Positions 56,389-64,000 of a DNA stretch of 64,000 nucleotides are shown here, piece by piece. The translations under genes and the position numbers were made by a program. The notes beneath the pieces were generated by a model. The model was not told the DNA's origin. It saw only the letters and a list, made by a program, of their open reading frames with translations, and searched no databases. Numbering within the stretch: position 1 is the stretch's first letter; the number at the start of each line of letters is the position of its first letter. The stretch spans positions 17,314 through 81,313 of the forward strand of contig JBAWFE010000020.1 of NCBI GenBank assembly GCA_049591595.1, in the 5' to 3' direction. This DNA comes from Candidatus Dormiibacterota bacterium. Lineage in GTDB: Bacteria > Chloroflexota > Dormibacteria > Aeolococcales > Bog-877.

Positions 56389-58806
56389 ATGACCTCCACC
56401 TACGATCACGCCGCCATCGAGGCAAAGTGGCAGTCCCGCTGGCAGGAAACCGGCATCTACGAGCTGGCGCTGGACCGAGTGACCCGGCCCTACTACAACC
56501 TCATGATGTTCCCCTATCCGTCAGCGGAGGGGCTGCATGTGGGCAACATGTTCGCCTTCTCCGGAGCGGACGCCCACGGCCGCTTCGTGCGCATGCAGGG
56601 CTTCGACGTCTTCGAGCCGATCGGCTTTGACGCCTTCGGCATCCACAGCGAAAACTTCGCCCTCAAAGTAGGCCGGCATCCCACAGAACTGATCGCCGGC
56701 AACGTGATCCGTTTCACCGAGCAGCTGAAGCGGCTGGGCGCCCAGTTCGACTGGACCAAGACAGTCGACACCACAGATCCGGCGTACTACCGCTGGACTC
56801 AGTGGCTCTTTCTCACACTTTGGAAGGGAGGCTTCGCCTACCGGGCCCGACGAAACGTCAAATGGTGCCCCCAGGACCTCACCGTGCTCGCGGACGAACA
56901 GGTGCTGGCTGATGGCACCTGCGAACGGTGCGGGGCACTGGTCACCGAACGGGAACTGGAGCAGTGGTTCCTCCGCATCACAGCGTTCACCGACCAGCTG
57001 CTGGCCGACCTGGACGACCTCAACTGGTCGGAGAGCACCAAGCTGCTCCAACGGCACTGGATCGGGCGCAGCCAGGGGGCACTGATCGACTTTCCCATCG
57101 AGGGCGAGGACCCGCTCCGGGTCTTCTCGACCAGGCCTGACACCATCTTTGGCTCCACCTTCATGGTGTTAGCACCGGACCACCCGAGGACCCTGGACCT
57201 GGCAGCTCCAGAGAGACGGGCTGAGGTGGCCTCATTCACTGCGGAAGCGGCCCACCGGCGGATTGCCGGACGGCGGGATGACGAGAGCTCGACCCGGGGC
57301 TTAGCTCTCGGCCGGGACGCTCACAACCCGCTCACAGGGACCCGCATCCCACTGTTTACTGCCGAATACGTTCTCTCCGGGTACGGGACCGGGGCGATCA
57401 TGGCGGTGCCGGCCCATGACCAGCGCGACCACGCCTTTGCTCTGGACCACCACCTGCCGGTGGTCGAGGTGGTCTCAGGCTTAGACGGCAGCGAACGCGC
57501 CCACGGCGGTACGGGCGCGCTGGTCAACAGTGGCCATTTTGACGGTCTCAAGGCTCCCGATCCGGCCCGCGAGTTGATCACCGCCGCTTTGGTCGAGGCT
57601 GGGTTAGGCCAGCCCCACGTGACCTACAAGCTCCGAGACTGGGGAATCTCCCGCCAGCGCTACTGGGGACCGCCGATCCCCGCGATTCACTGCCCTAAGT
57701 GCGGAGTTGTGCCGGTCCCGGAGGAGGACCTCCCGGTGCTGCTGCCCTTTATCGAGGACTTTCGGCCCCTGGGAACGGGCGAGTCGCCGTTGGCGAGGGA
57801 TCCCAATTTTCTGAACACCACCTGCCCTAACTGCGCTGGCCGAGCCCAGCGCGATACCGACGTCTCCGACACTTTTCTGGACAGCTCCTGGTACTTTTTG
57901 CGGTATCCATCGGTCGGCCATAACGATGTCCCCTTCGACCCTGAGTTGACGCGAAAGTGGCTGCCGGTCACCTACTACGACGGTGGCAACGAGCATGCTG
58001 TGCTCCACCTCTTGTACTCGCGCTTTGTGGCCATGGCGCTGCGGCAGTTGGGCTATCTGGAATTCGAGGAACCCTTCACCCAGTTCCGGGCCCACGGGAC
58101 CATCGTGAAGGGCGGCGCCAAGATGTCGAAATCCCGCGGCAACGTGGTGGTTCCCGACGAGTATGTCGCCCACTTCGGCGCCGACGCGTTCCGCCTCTAT
58201 CTGCTCTCCTTGGGTCCGTATCACGAAACCCTGAACTTCGTCGACACCGGCATCAATGGACCTTTCCGCTTTCTTATCCAGCTCCTACGTCTGTTGGACC
58301 GAGTGGACCCGGAGGTTGAGGGCGTCACCGAGCCGATGGCTCTGGCGCGAGCGCGCAACCGCTGCATTCAAAAGGTGACCGTGGACACCCCGGAGCGCAA
58401 GTACAACACCGCCATCGCGGCGATGATGATCTTCGTCAATCGACTGGGGGAGCACGAGGGACAGATACCCAGGGTCTCCATGGAAACCCTGGCTCTTTTG
58501 CTCGCACCGTACTGCCCGCACCTGGCCGAGGAGATCTGGGAGCGGCTGGGCCGGAATTACTCCGTACATCAGCAGCTGTGGCCTGTCGCTGACCTCTCGC
58601 TCATCGTCGACGAGCAGGTGGTCGTGGTGGTCTGCATCAATGGCAAGAAGCGTGACCAGCTGGTCGTGGCGGCCGGGACCGCTGCCGGGGACCTTGAGCT
58701 TGCGGCACTGGAACTGCCGAGGATCCAGCAGTGGCTCGATGGCCGCGCGCCAGAACGAGTGATCGTGGTACCGGACCGACAGGTCAACCTGGTGCTGGCA
58801 GCCTAG
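56389..58806 (+). CDS. leuS: leucine--tRNA ligase
   Basis: 805 aa from MTSTYDHAAIEAKWQSRWQETGIY; HVGN(HMGH-type) and KMSKS (GAKMSKSRGN) motifs; ORF track start 56059 overlaps upstream gene. Confidence 0.9.
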   Translation: MTSTYDHAAIEAKWQSRWQETGIYELALDRVTRPYYNLMMFPYPSAEGLHVGNMFAFSGADAHGRFVRMQGFDVFEPIGFDAFGIHSENFALKVGRHPTELIAGNVIRFTEQLKRLGAQFDWTKTVDTTDPAYYRWTQWLFLTLWKGGFAYRARRNVKWCPQDLTVLADEQVLADGTCERCGALVTERELEQWFLRITAFTDQLLADLDDLNWSESTKLLQRHWIGRSQGALIDFPIEGEDPLRVFSTRPDTIFGSTFMVLAPDHPRTLDLAAPERRAEVASFTAEAAHRRIAGRRDDESSTRGLALGRDAHNPLTGTRIPLFTAEYVLSGYGTGAIMAVPAHDQRDHAFALDHHLPVVEVVSGLDGSERAHGGTGALVNSGHFDGLKAPDPARELITAALVEAGLGQPHVTYKLRDWGISRQRYWGPPIPAIHCPKCGVVPVPEEDLPVLLPFIEDFRPLGTGESPLARDPNFLNTTCPNCAGRAQRDTDVSDTFLDSSWYFLRYPSVGHNDVPFDPELTRKWLPVTYYDGGNEHAVLHLLYSRFVAMALRQLGYLEFEEPFTQFRAHGTIVKGGAKMSKSRGNVVVPDEYVAHFGADAFRLYLLSLGPYHETLNFVDTGINGPFRFLIQLLRLLDRVDPEVEGVTEPMALARARNRCIQKVTVDTPERKYNTAIAAMMIFVNRLGEHEGQIPRVSMETLALLLAPYCPHLAEEIWERLGRNYSVHQQLWPVADLSLIVDEQVVVVVCINGKKRDQLVVAAGTAAGDLELAALELPRIQQWLDGRAPERVIVVPDRQVNLVLAA

Positions 58807-59105
58807 CGCGGCAATTTACCGCCGTGCCTCGCTGACTCTTCGACCTCGTGCACCGCGGTGATTCGTACGAGCAGCTCGCGCTGTGAAATGGTGCTGTGAT
58901 CGACCTCATCGACTGGGTGTGCCACAGCAGTGTCGGGCGACGAGTGGCAAGTGGTGAGGTACTCTCGAGCAACTTCACCGATGGGGAAGTGGTCGAGCGC
59001 TTCGAAGTCGCCGTCCGGAAGGGCATCTCTTGATCTGATCGGATACCGTTCCATCCCCACAATGAGTTGGCTGCAATCGGCCCCATCCCGGAAGACCACG
59101 CTCAA
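58803..59105 (-). CDS. hypothetical small protein in low-GC islet
   Basis: 100 aa ORF, GC visibly lower (~55%) than flanks. Confidence 0.3.
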   Translation of the reverse strand: MSVVFRDGADCSQLIVGMERYPIRSRDALPDGDFEALDHFPIGEVAREYLTTCHSSPDTAVAHPVDEVDHSTISQRELLVRITAVHEVEESARHGGKLPR

Positions 59106-59188
59106 TTCACCAGTCAGGGTTCATGGCCAGCACCGACTGCGAGGCTGTCGGCCAAGTCGAAGTGCCTTCACCCGAGAAGTGAGTCTGG

Positions 59189-59536
59189 CTACGCGCGATC
59201 GGGAGAGAGGATCCTCTTGATGACGTCCCACCACCGGGGATACTTCTCGCGACACTCATCATCGTCGCCCAGGCAGACGCCGCGACCTCGACAGTGGGAG
59301 CATGGCCTGGGCCAGTGGTCAGACCCGTTGGGCCTCCCGGAACCTCCACAATAACTGCAGCGCCGACCCTTCATGCTGCAGAGCTTACCTGTGAGAGCCT
59401 TATCCGGACCAGGGCAACGCGCGTCGCTGGCGGTACCCCTGGTTTCCCTTGGCCGCTTCTCCGATCGGCAGTACCATTGGCCCAATTCGAGTGGTGACAC
59501 GATCGGTGCGGAGGTCCGCCCCGGCGTGGTCGTCAC
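59189..59536 (-). CDS. Cys-rich micro-protein with DnaJ-type CxxCxGxG zinc-finger repeats
   Basis: CSYCGGSG and CSHCRGRG plus further Cys; 115 aa. Confidence 0.5.
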   Translation of the reverse strand: MTTTPGRTSAPIVSPLELGQWYCRSEKRPRETRGTASDARCPGPDKALTGKLCSMKGRRCSYCGGSGRPNGSDHWPRPCSHCRGRGVCLGDDDECREKYPRWWDVIKRILSPDRA

Positions 59537-59559
59537 AAGGGACCACGCCGACTTCGTTC

Positions 59560-59636
59560 CGGCCCGTAGCTCAGCTGGTTAGAGCAGGGCTCTTATAAAG
59601 CCCAGGTCCTGGGTTCGAGTCCCAGCGGGCCGACCA
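59560..59636 (+). tRNA. tRNA with anticodon UAU (tRNA-Ile, AUA-decoding type)
   Basis: Hand-folded cloverleaf: CGGCCCG/CGGGCCG acceptor, GCTC-AGCTGGTTA-GAGC, anticodon arm GGGCT-CTTATAA-AGCCC (fully Watson-Crick paired), T-arm CTGGG-TTCGAGT-CCCAG, A73, CCA encoded. Confidence 0.75.
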
Positions 59637-59743
59637 ACTCCCTTCGCTCCGACGTTGAGCGTCCGGTTGGGTTGGATGCCACGGGCGCGGTCGCGCAAGA
59701 GCGGCTCAACCGCGGTGCCTCGCAATCTCGCCGCCAAGGAGGG

Positions 59744-60370
59744 TCAGGCGTCGTGGCCTGACCCCCTACTGGTAGTCCCGTGAGGAGCCGGATCGGGGCT
59801 CGTGCTGCCGGCGCGCGATTTCGGCTTGGCGGGCAGGGCGTCGACTGCCGCCTCGACCATCCTCACCAGATCTACGGCGCACTGCTCCTCGAGACCGGGA
59901 GCCTCCTGCTCCAGGACGCTGGCCAAGACCGAAAGCCCACCTTGCGCCCACACATTGCCCTCTCGAACGAAGTCGCGGCCCCGCTTCGTCGATGCTAGAA
60001 ATACCAGGCGTCGATCTGCCGGCTCGCGAATCCGGTCGGCCATGCCCAACTCCACCAGTCGATCGGCGATAGGAGTGGTCGCCCCAGGCGAGAGTCGCAT
60101 GAGTGCGGCCAACTCGGTCATGGTTGTTGGTTTTGGCTGGATCAAATACAGTGCCTGCGCCTGACGGCTGGAGAGAGTCTCCCCTTCGGGAACTACTCCC
60201 CCAACTTCCGGCCGGGTCCGCCAGAGTACGTGCAGCACATCGTGCAGACGCAGCAACTCACGGAGCAGCCGCTCCGCCCGCATCTGCCCGGTCGGTCGCT
60301 CCATGACTGATGCTCCGATCCGAAAAGGCCGACAGCGGCTGGGCACGCGCCATGCCAAGGTCCAGTCCAA
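59744..60370 (-). CDS. MarR family transcriptional regulator
   Basis: TMTELAALMRLSPGATTPIADRLVELGMADR..DRRLVFLASTKRG. Confidence 0.8.
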   Translation of the reverse strand: MDWTLAWRVPSRCRPFRIGASVMERPTGQMRAERLLRELLRLHDVLHVLWRTRPEVGGVVPEGETLSSRQAQALYLIQPKPTTMTELAALMRLSPGATTPIADRLVELGMADRIREPADRRLVFLASTKRGRDFVREGNVWAQGGLSVLASVLEQEAPGLEEQCAVDLVRMVEAAVDALPAKPKSRAGSTSPDPAPHGTTSRGSGHDA

Positions 60371-60588
60371 TGGCGCAGGTTAGCATGGAGGACTCTGGGT
60401 CGCGGTCGGGTCGTCCCACCGTCAAAGAGGGCTCCCAGCCTGGAGTTGGCAATGATCCAGCTGGCCGTGCCAAAATGGCAGCCGCGGCTCAGAGGGCAGT
60501 TCGGCCCGAACTCAGTTGGGCCACATCTCGGGTCCCCCGGCGGGGCCAATCCAGTTGGAGCACCAGCCCTGTGTCATTAGTGGTGATT

Positions 60589-61323
60589 CTCTGTGAGGAC
60601 CGCTTCCGCGAGCAGCTGGAGGCGCTTTCGGTCGAGGTCGGCTACTCCATGCCCCGGAGCAGCGATCTCGACGCGGATGCGGCAGCCACGGTCCGAGCTG
60701 AGCTGGAGCGAGACCCGAACCTGGCCCTGGTGGTCACTGAGCGGTCGGGCCAGGGCTGGGTGAGCGCTCTCGATCGAGAGGACATCCGCTACTGGCTGGT
60801 CGAGGCGGGATCCCCCAGGGGTCCCGGGTTCGAGCCTCCGAAGCGACGCCCCCACCGGCACCTGCTGGGCTTGGACAAAACCACTCTCGGCTATCTGCGA
60901 CAGCTCCTCGACGACTGGCGGGACCGGAAGCTTTTGCGGGTCGACTGCTTCACCTTCGCCTTTCGCGATGGGATGCCGCACGAGGCGGACTGGGTGGTCG
61001 ACACCCGCTTCCTGAACAGTCCTTACTGGATCGCCGAGATGCGCGAGAAGCCCGGCACCGATCCGATGGTGCGCGAATACGTCATGGAGCAACCGGGAGC
61101 CCAAGAGCTGGTCGGGGAGTTCCTGCCGATGCTCCTGCGGCTGGTCCCTCTCTATCAGGCACAACGCCGATCGGTGCTGCGGGTGGCGGTGGGATGCACC
61201 GGCGGATTGCACCGCTCGATGGCGATCGCCTCAGAGCTGGTTGAACGGATCGATGCGTCCGGCATGGCAGCGGCGCGCTACCTCAAAGAACCCCCACTCC
61301 ATCTGCCCCAGGAGCTCGACTGA
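60589..61323 (+). CDS. RapZ/YvcJ-like protein with degenerate N-terminal P-loop
   Basis: C-terminal signature RVAVGCTGGLHRSMAIASEL, central KRRPHRHLLG; N-terminus VVILCEDRF in place of GxSGSGKS; ORF track start 60310 is an upstream extension. Confidence 0.7.
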   Translation, partial: LCEDRFREQLEALSVEVGYSMPRSSDLDADAAATVRAELERDPNLALVVTERSGQGWVSALDREDIRYWLVEAGSPRGPGFEPPKRRPHRHLLGLDKTTLGYLRQLLDDWRDRKLLRVDCFTFAFRDGMPHEADWVVDTRFLNSPYWIAEMREKPGTDPMVREYVMEQPGAQELVGEFLPMLLRLVPLYQAQRRSVLRVAVGCTGGLHRSMAIASELVERIDASGMAAARYLKEPPLHLPQELD

Positions 61324-61338
61324 CCCCTCGCTCGGGGC

Positions 61339-61944
61339 CTAGCCATGGGCGCCGCCCATGGCGGACAGCAGCGCTTGGGCCCCGAGTCCGGCATGGTCGG
61401 TAAGCGGGAAGCCCCCGCGGGGCAGGACCGACCGCACCAGATCCTCATATGCGATGCGCACCTCGGGGTAGCGCAGAAATAGTAGGTGCGCGTACTCCTT
61501 GACCACTGGACGGGGTGGCCGGCGCAAGCGGAGATGCACCTCTCCGGGAAGGTGGTTCGCCTTGCGGCCATTGCAGCGCTTGCAGGCGACCACCTGGTTC
61601 TCCCAACTACTCGGGTTTCCCCCACGCGATACCGGGATCACGTGGTCGATGGTGAGCTCCGGGGCAGCCGCGTGGATCCCGCAGTACTGACAGCAATGGT
61701 CGTCTCGCAGCAGCAGATTGCGGCGATTGGGCCGGAGCATCCGCCGCGGTACGACTATGTTGCGCAGCAGTCGGACCACGATCACCCCGTCGCTGAAACG
61801 GCGCTGGGCCAGTTCGTCAACCACCATGGCCTTGACGGCATCGTCCAGGAAGGCGACCCGCTCTTTGGTCAGCAGCACCACCAGGCGGCGTCGACTGATG
61901 ACATTTAGCGGTTGCAGCGAGGCATTCAGCAGCAGCACCGGCAT
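61339..61944 (-). CDS. HNH endonuclease family protein
   Basis: CQYCGIHAAAPELTIDHVIPVSRGGNPSSWENQVVACKRCNGRK. Confidence 0.8.
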   Translation of the reverse strand: MPVLLLNASLQPLNVISRRRLVVLLTKERVAFLDDAVKAMVVDELAQRRFSDGVIVVRLLRNIVVPRRMLRPNRRNLLLRDDHCCQYCGIHAAAPELTIDHVIPVSRGGNPSSWENQVVACKRCNGRKANHLPGEVHLRLRRPPRPVVKEYAHLLFLRYPEVRIAYEDLVRSVLPRGGFPLTDHAGLGAQALLSAMGGAHG

Positions 61945-61976
61945 GGCGCCATTGTGAGCGAATCGCGGCCTAGAGT

Positions 61977-62147
61977 TCAGCCGCGGCGGAGTCCCAGGGC
62001 CGTTCTCAGCCCCACGATGTGACCCAGCAACCCGTGATTCACCGTCAGCAAGACCAGCGCCAGCACCAGCGCTACCAGCAGAGCCAGCGCCAGGTAGCTG
62101 GTGACCGACGGACCCGATGTAGGTTGCGGAAGTCCAGGCTGCGCCAC
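61977..62147 (-). CDS. possible 57-aa single-TM micro-ORF translationally coupled to FHA gene
   Basis: GTG 2 nt after FHA stop; ...YLALALLVALVLALVLLTV...; speculative. Confidence 0.2.
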   Translation of the reverse strand: MAQPGLPQPTSGPSVTSYLALALLVALVLALVLLTVNHGLLGHIVGLRTALGLRRG

Positions 62148-62149
62148 CG

Positions 62150-63481
62150 CTACCTCCTCACCTCTCGATGGACCGGCTCGGTGCTCCAGCGCCCCTGACC
62201 ATCGACTCCAACCTGTGAGAATCTCCAGCCGTCTCCCTGCCCGCTCAGCGCCAGGGGGAAGAGCTGGGCAACCTCCTCGCGCTGCCAGCTGGTGGTAGTC
62301 ACCAGCTGGGCTGGGTCGATCTGCCGCGCCAGCTGCTCGAGAGCCCCGACCAGGGAGTGCTGACGCAGCGCCAAGACGGTCCCGCCACCAGGTCGAGGGA
62401 GAGCCCGGATCAACGCTTCCAAGATCGGATCGGGAGGCTGGTCCAAGAAGAGCTCGCCGGTCAGCAGGGCTTCCTGAACGGCACTTGGGTGGTGCGGATC
62501 CAGCGCCGGCCACCCAGCCGGAACCCACCAGTCGGCGGACCCGAAGCTGAGCACCCTGGTGCTGGCGAAGCTCGTCTCGAACCGGTCCGCCAGTGCGGCG
62601 AGGGCGGGCTCGGGCCACCTACCGGCGACTAGCAGGGCCGCGCCCTCGAGCACCGCCCGGCGGGTCTCACCTAGCTCCGCTCGATCCAGCTCGGCGGCAA
62701 CCCTGGCAGCCACATGCACGGCCAGATAGGGGCGGTCAGTCAAGGGTGGCAGCAGAAATTCGATGGCGAGGTCGCCCACATGGCCCTCCCCACTGAGCGC
62801 ATCCTCGGGCAGGTCGAGATCCCGCCTGGCAGAAGCCACCGCGTCGGCAACGGCCCCCGACGAGAGCGGCTTACCCAACAGGGTCCAACGCTCTCCGACC
62901 AGCATCTCCAGCGGGGTGCCGGGTCTGATCCGGACCAGATCGGCGCCGCGCTCCAGAGGCTCGCGAGCTATCGCGGGGGCCCCGCTCATGTCCAGCTCCA
63001 GCGGGTGCGGCAGCGATTCCTGAGGTTCGTCTTCGAGAACTGACGCGCCAGCTGACGGGGGTGGTGGGATCCCCTGAGCTGGACCGCTCTCCTGCCAGGT
63101 GGCAGCCGGACTCGCGATGGCCCGGGAGTGCGCCGAGGGCAGGGGCGGAAGGCCACTCGCCAGTTCGACCAGGGTCATCACTACGCCCGCCACCCGTAGC
63201 GAGCCGCCCGGCTCCAGTAGCGCCCGGCCCCCGGGTGCCACGCGGCGTCCGTCGACCCAGCTTCCACTGACGCCACCTAGGTCGTGCACCTCGACCCCAG
63301 CAGGAACCCGGGTCAGCTCCAGGTGGCGGTTCTCGACTGCATCAGTGGGGTCTAGGTGGCTTACGTCGACGTCGGGGATGGTGCCGCCAGGCACGCTCCT
63401 ACCCAACAGAATCGGATACCGCTCCAGGGTCACGGTGGCCCCATCCGAAGCCCGCAGGGCGAGCAATCCCGGGGCGCTCAT
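62150..63481 (-). CDS. FHA domain-containing protein (N-terminal FHA, C-terminal uncharacterised domain)
   Basis: TLERYPILLGRS...DVSHLDPTDAVENRHLEL...VHDLGGVSGSWVDGRRV. Confidence 0.7.
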   Translation of the reverse strand: MSAPGLLALRASDGATVTLERYPILLGRSVPGGTIPDVDVSHLDPTDAVENRHLELTRVPAGVEVHDLGGVSGSWVDGRRVAPGGRALLEPGGSLRVAGVVMTLVELASGLPPLPSAHSRAIASPAATWQESGPAQGIPPPPSAGASVLEDEPQESLPHPLELDMSGAPAIAREPLERGADLVRIRPGTPLEMLVGERWTLLGKPLSSGAVADAVASARRDLDLPEDALSGEGHVGDLAIEFLLPPLTDRPYLAVHVAARVAAELDRAELGETRRAVLEGAALLVAGRWPEPALAALADRFETSFASTRVLSFGSADWWVPAGWPALDPHHPSAVQEALLTGELFLDQPPDPILEALIRALPRPGGGTVLALRQHSLVGALEQLARQIDPAQLVTTTSWQREEVAQLFPLALSGQGDGWRFSQVGVDGQGRWSTEPVHREVRR

Positions 63482-63517
63482 CGGCTCACGGTCCGCAGCC
63501 AGGCTCGAGCGGGACGG

Positions 63518-64000
63518 TCATGGCTTCACCCCGCGCCGCTCGAGCTCCGCGATCAGGGCCGGGACGACCTTCAGGGCGTCTCCGATCACCCCCAGGTCGC
63601 ACAGCTTGAAGATCGGGGCGTCGCGGTCCTTGTTGATGGCGATGATGTGCTTCGCCCCCTTCATCCCGACGGTGTGCTGCATCGCCCCACTGATCCCACA
63701 GGCGACATATAAGTCCGGCTTCACCGTCTTTCCGGTCTGGCCGACCTGGCGAGCGTACGGGACCCAGCCGGAGTCCACCACCGCCCGGCTCGCCCCCACA
63801 GCACCATGAAGAAGTTCGGCGAGCCGCTCCAGCAGATCGAAATTGCTTGGGTCCTGGAGCCCGCGCCCTCCGCTAATCACCACCTTGGCCTCCTCCAGTT
63901 TCGGTCCACTCGCCGGTGCGACCACCGACTCCACCCGGCGGGCTCCCCGGGGGGCGTCATCGGGCAGCTTTACCGGGACCACCTTGGCCGGCGGGCCGGA
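63518..64000 (-). CDS. etfA: electron transfer flavoprotein alpha subunit, C-terminal part (gene continues past 3' window edge)
   Basis: [67 protein letters not shown]. Confidence 0.8.
   Translation of the reverse strand, partial: SGPPAKVVPVKLPDDAPRGARRVESVVAPASGPKLEEAKVVISGGRGLQDPSNFDLLERLAELLHGAVGASRAVVDSGWVPYARQVGQTGKTVKPDLYVACGISGAMQHTVGMKGAKHIIAINKDRDAPIFKLCDLGVIGDALKVVPALIAELERRGVKP

Overview
High-GC (~68-70%) actinobacterial-type chromosomal segment, mostly core metabolism. I cannot assign the exact taxon. Coordinates I derived by hand from the line labels (tRNAs, motifs, refined starts) may be off by 1-2 nt against the ORF track; CDS coordinates follow the ORF track. No CRISPR array, rRNA, transposase or integrase was seen.

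Main blocks, in order:
- A minus-strand arginine operon argC-argJ-argB-argD-argR-argG. argG runs off the 5' window edge. argF is absent between argD and argR. A palindromic ARG-box candidate sits 10 bp upstream of argC.
- A secreted arylsulfotransferase-like beta-propeller lipoprotein and a divergent orphan AAA ATPase.
- Regulator/transporter pairs: MarR, GNAT, and an EamA transporter divergent from an Lrp regulator.
- An orphan ParA ATPase with a translationally coupled small acidic protein, next to a TPR-like protein with a long acidic tail.
- lgt, a Ski2-like helicase, a SAM-dependent methyltransferase, a uracil-DNA glycosylase, a PIG-L deacetylase, a DinB/DUF664 protein, AlkA, and a VapBC (Phd/PIN) toxin-antitoxin pair.
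- An aa3-type oxidase operon ctaC-ctaD-ctaA followed by three tiny membrane ORFs and no subunit III.
- acnA and an iron-containing alcohol dehydrogenase family oxidoreductase.
- A znuA-znuC-znuB-zur metal uptake operon with an apparently leaderless sigma70-like promoter.
- An S9 peptidase, tRNA-Arg(CCG), birA, a NUDIX hydrolase, two MBL-fold hydrolases, pepA, queG, Ppx/GppA, a PHP phosphoesterase and leuS.
- A lower-GC islet containing a tRNA with anticodon UAU (Ile, AUA-decoding) and a DnaJ-type zinc-finger micro-protein.
- A RapZ-like protein with a degenerate P-loop, an HNH endonuclease, an FHA protein, and etfA running off the 3' edge.

Candidate undescribed or unusual modules, for follow-up:
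- a nucleoside-2-deoxyribosyltransferase-like plus unknown two-gene module next to UDG;
- a triple-repeat 'D-x-x-[DE]-F-H-F' membrane protein;
- the orphan ParA plus adaptor module;
- the cta operon with substitute micro-subunits;
- the RapZ paralog;
- the tRNA-Ile(UAU) islet.
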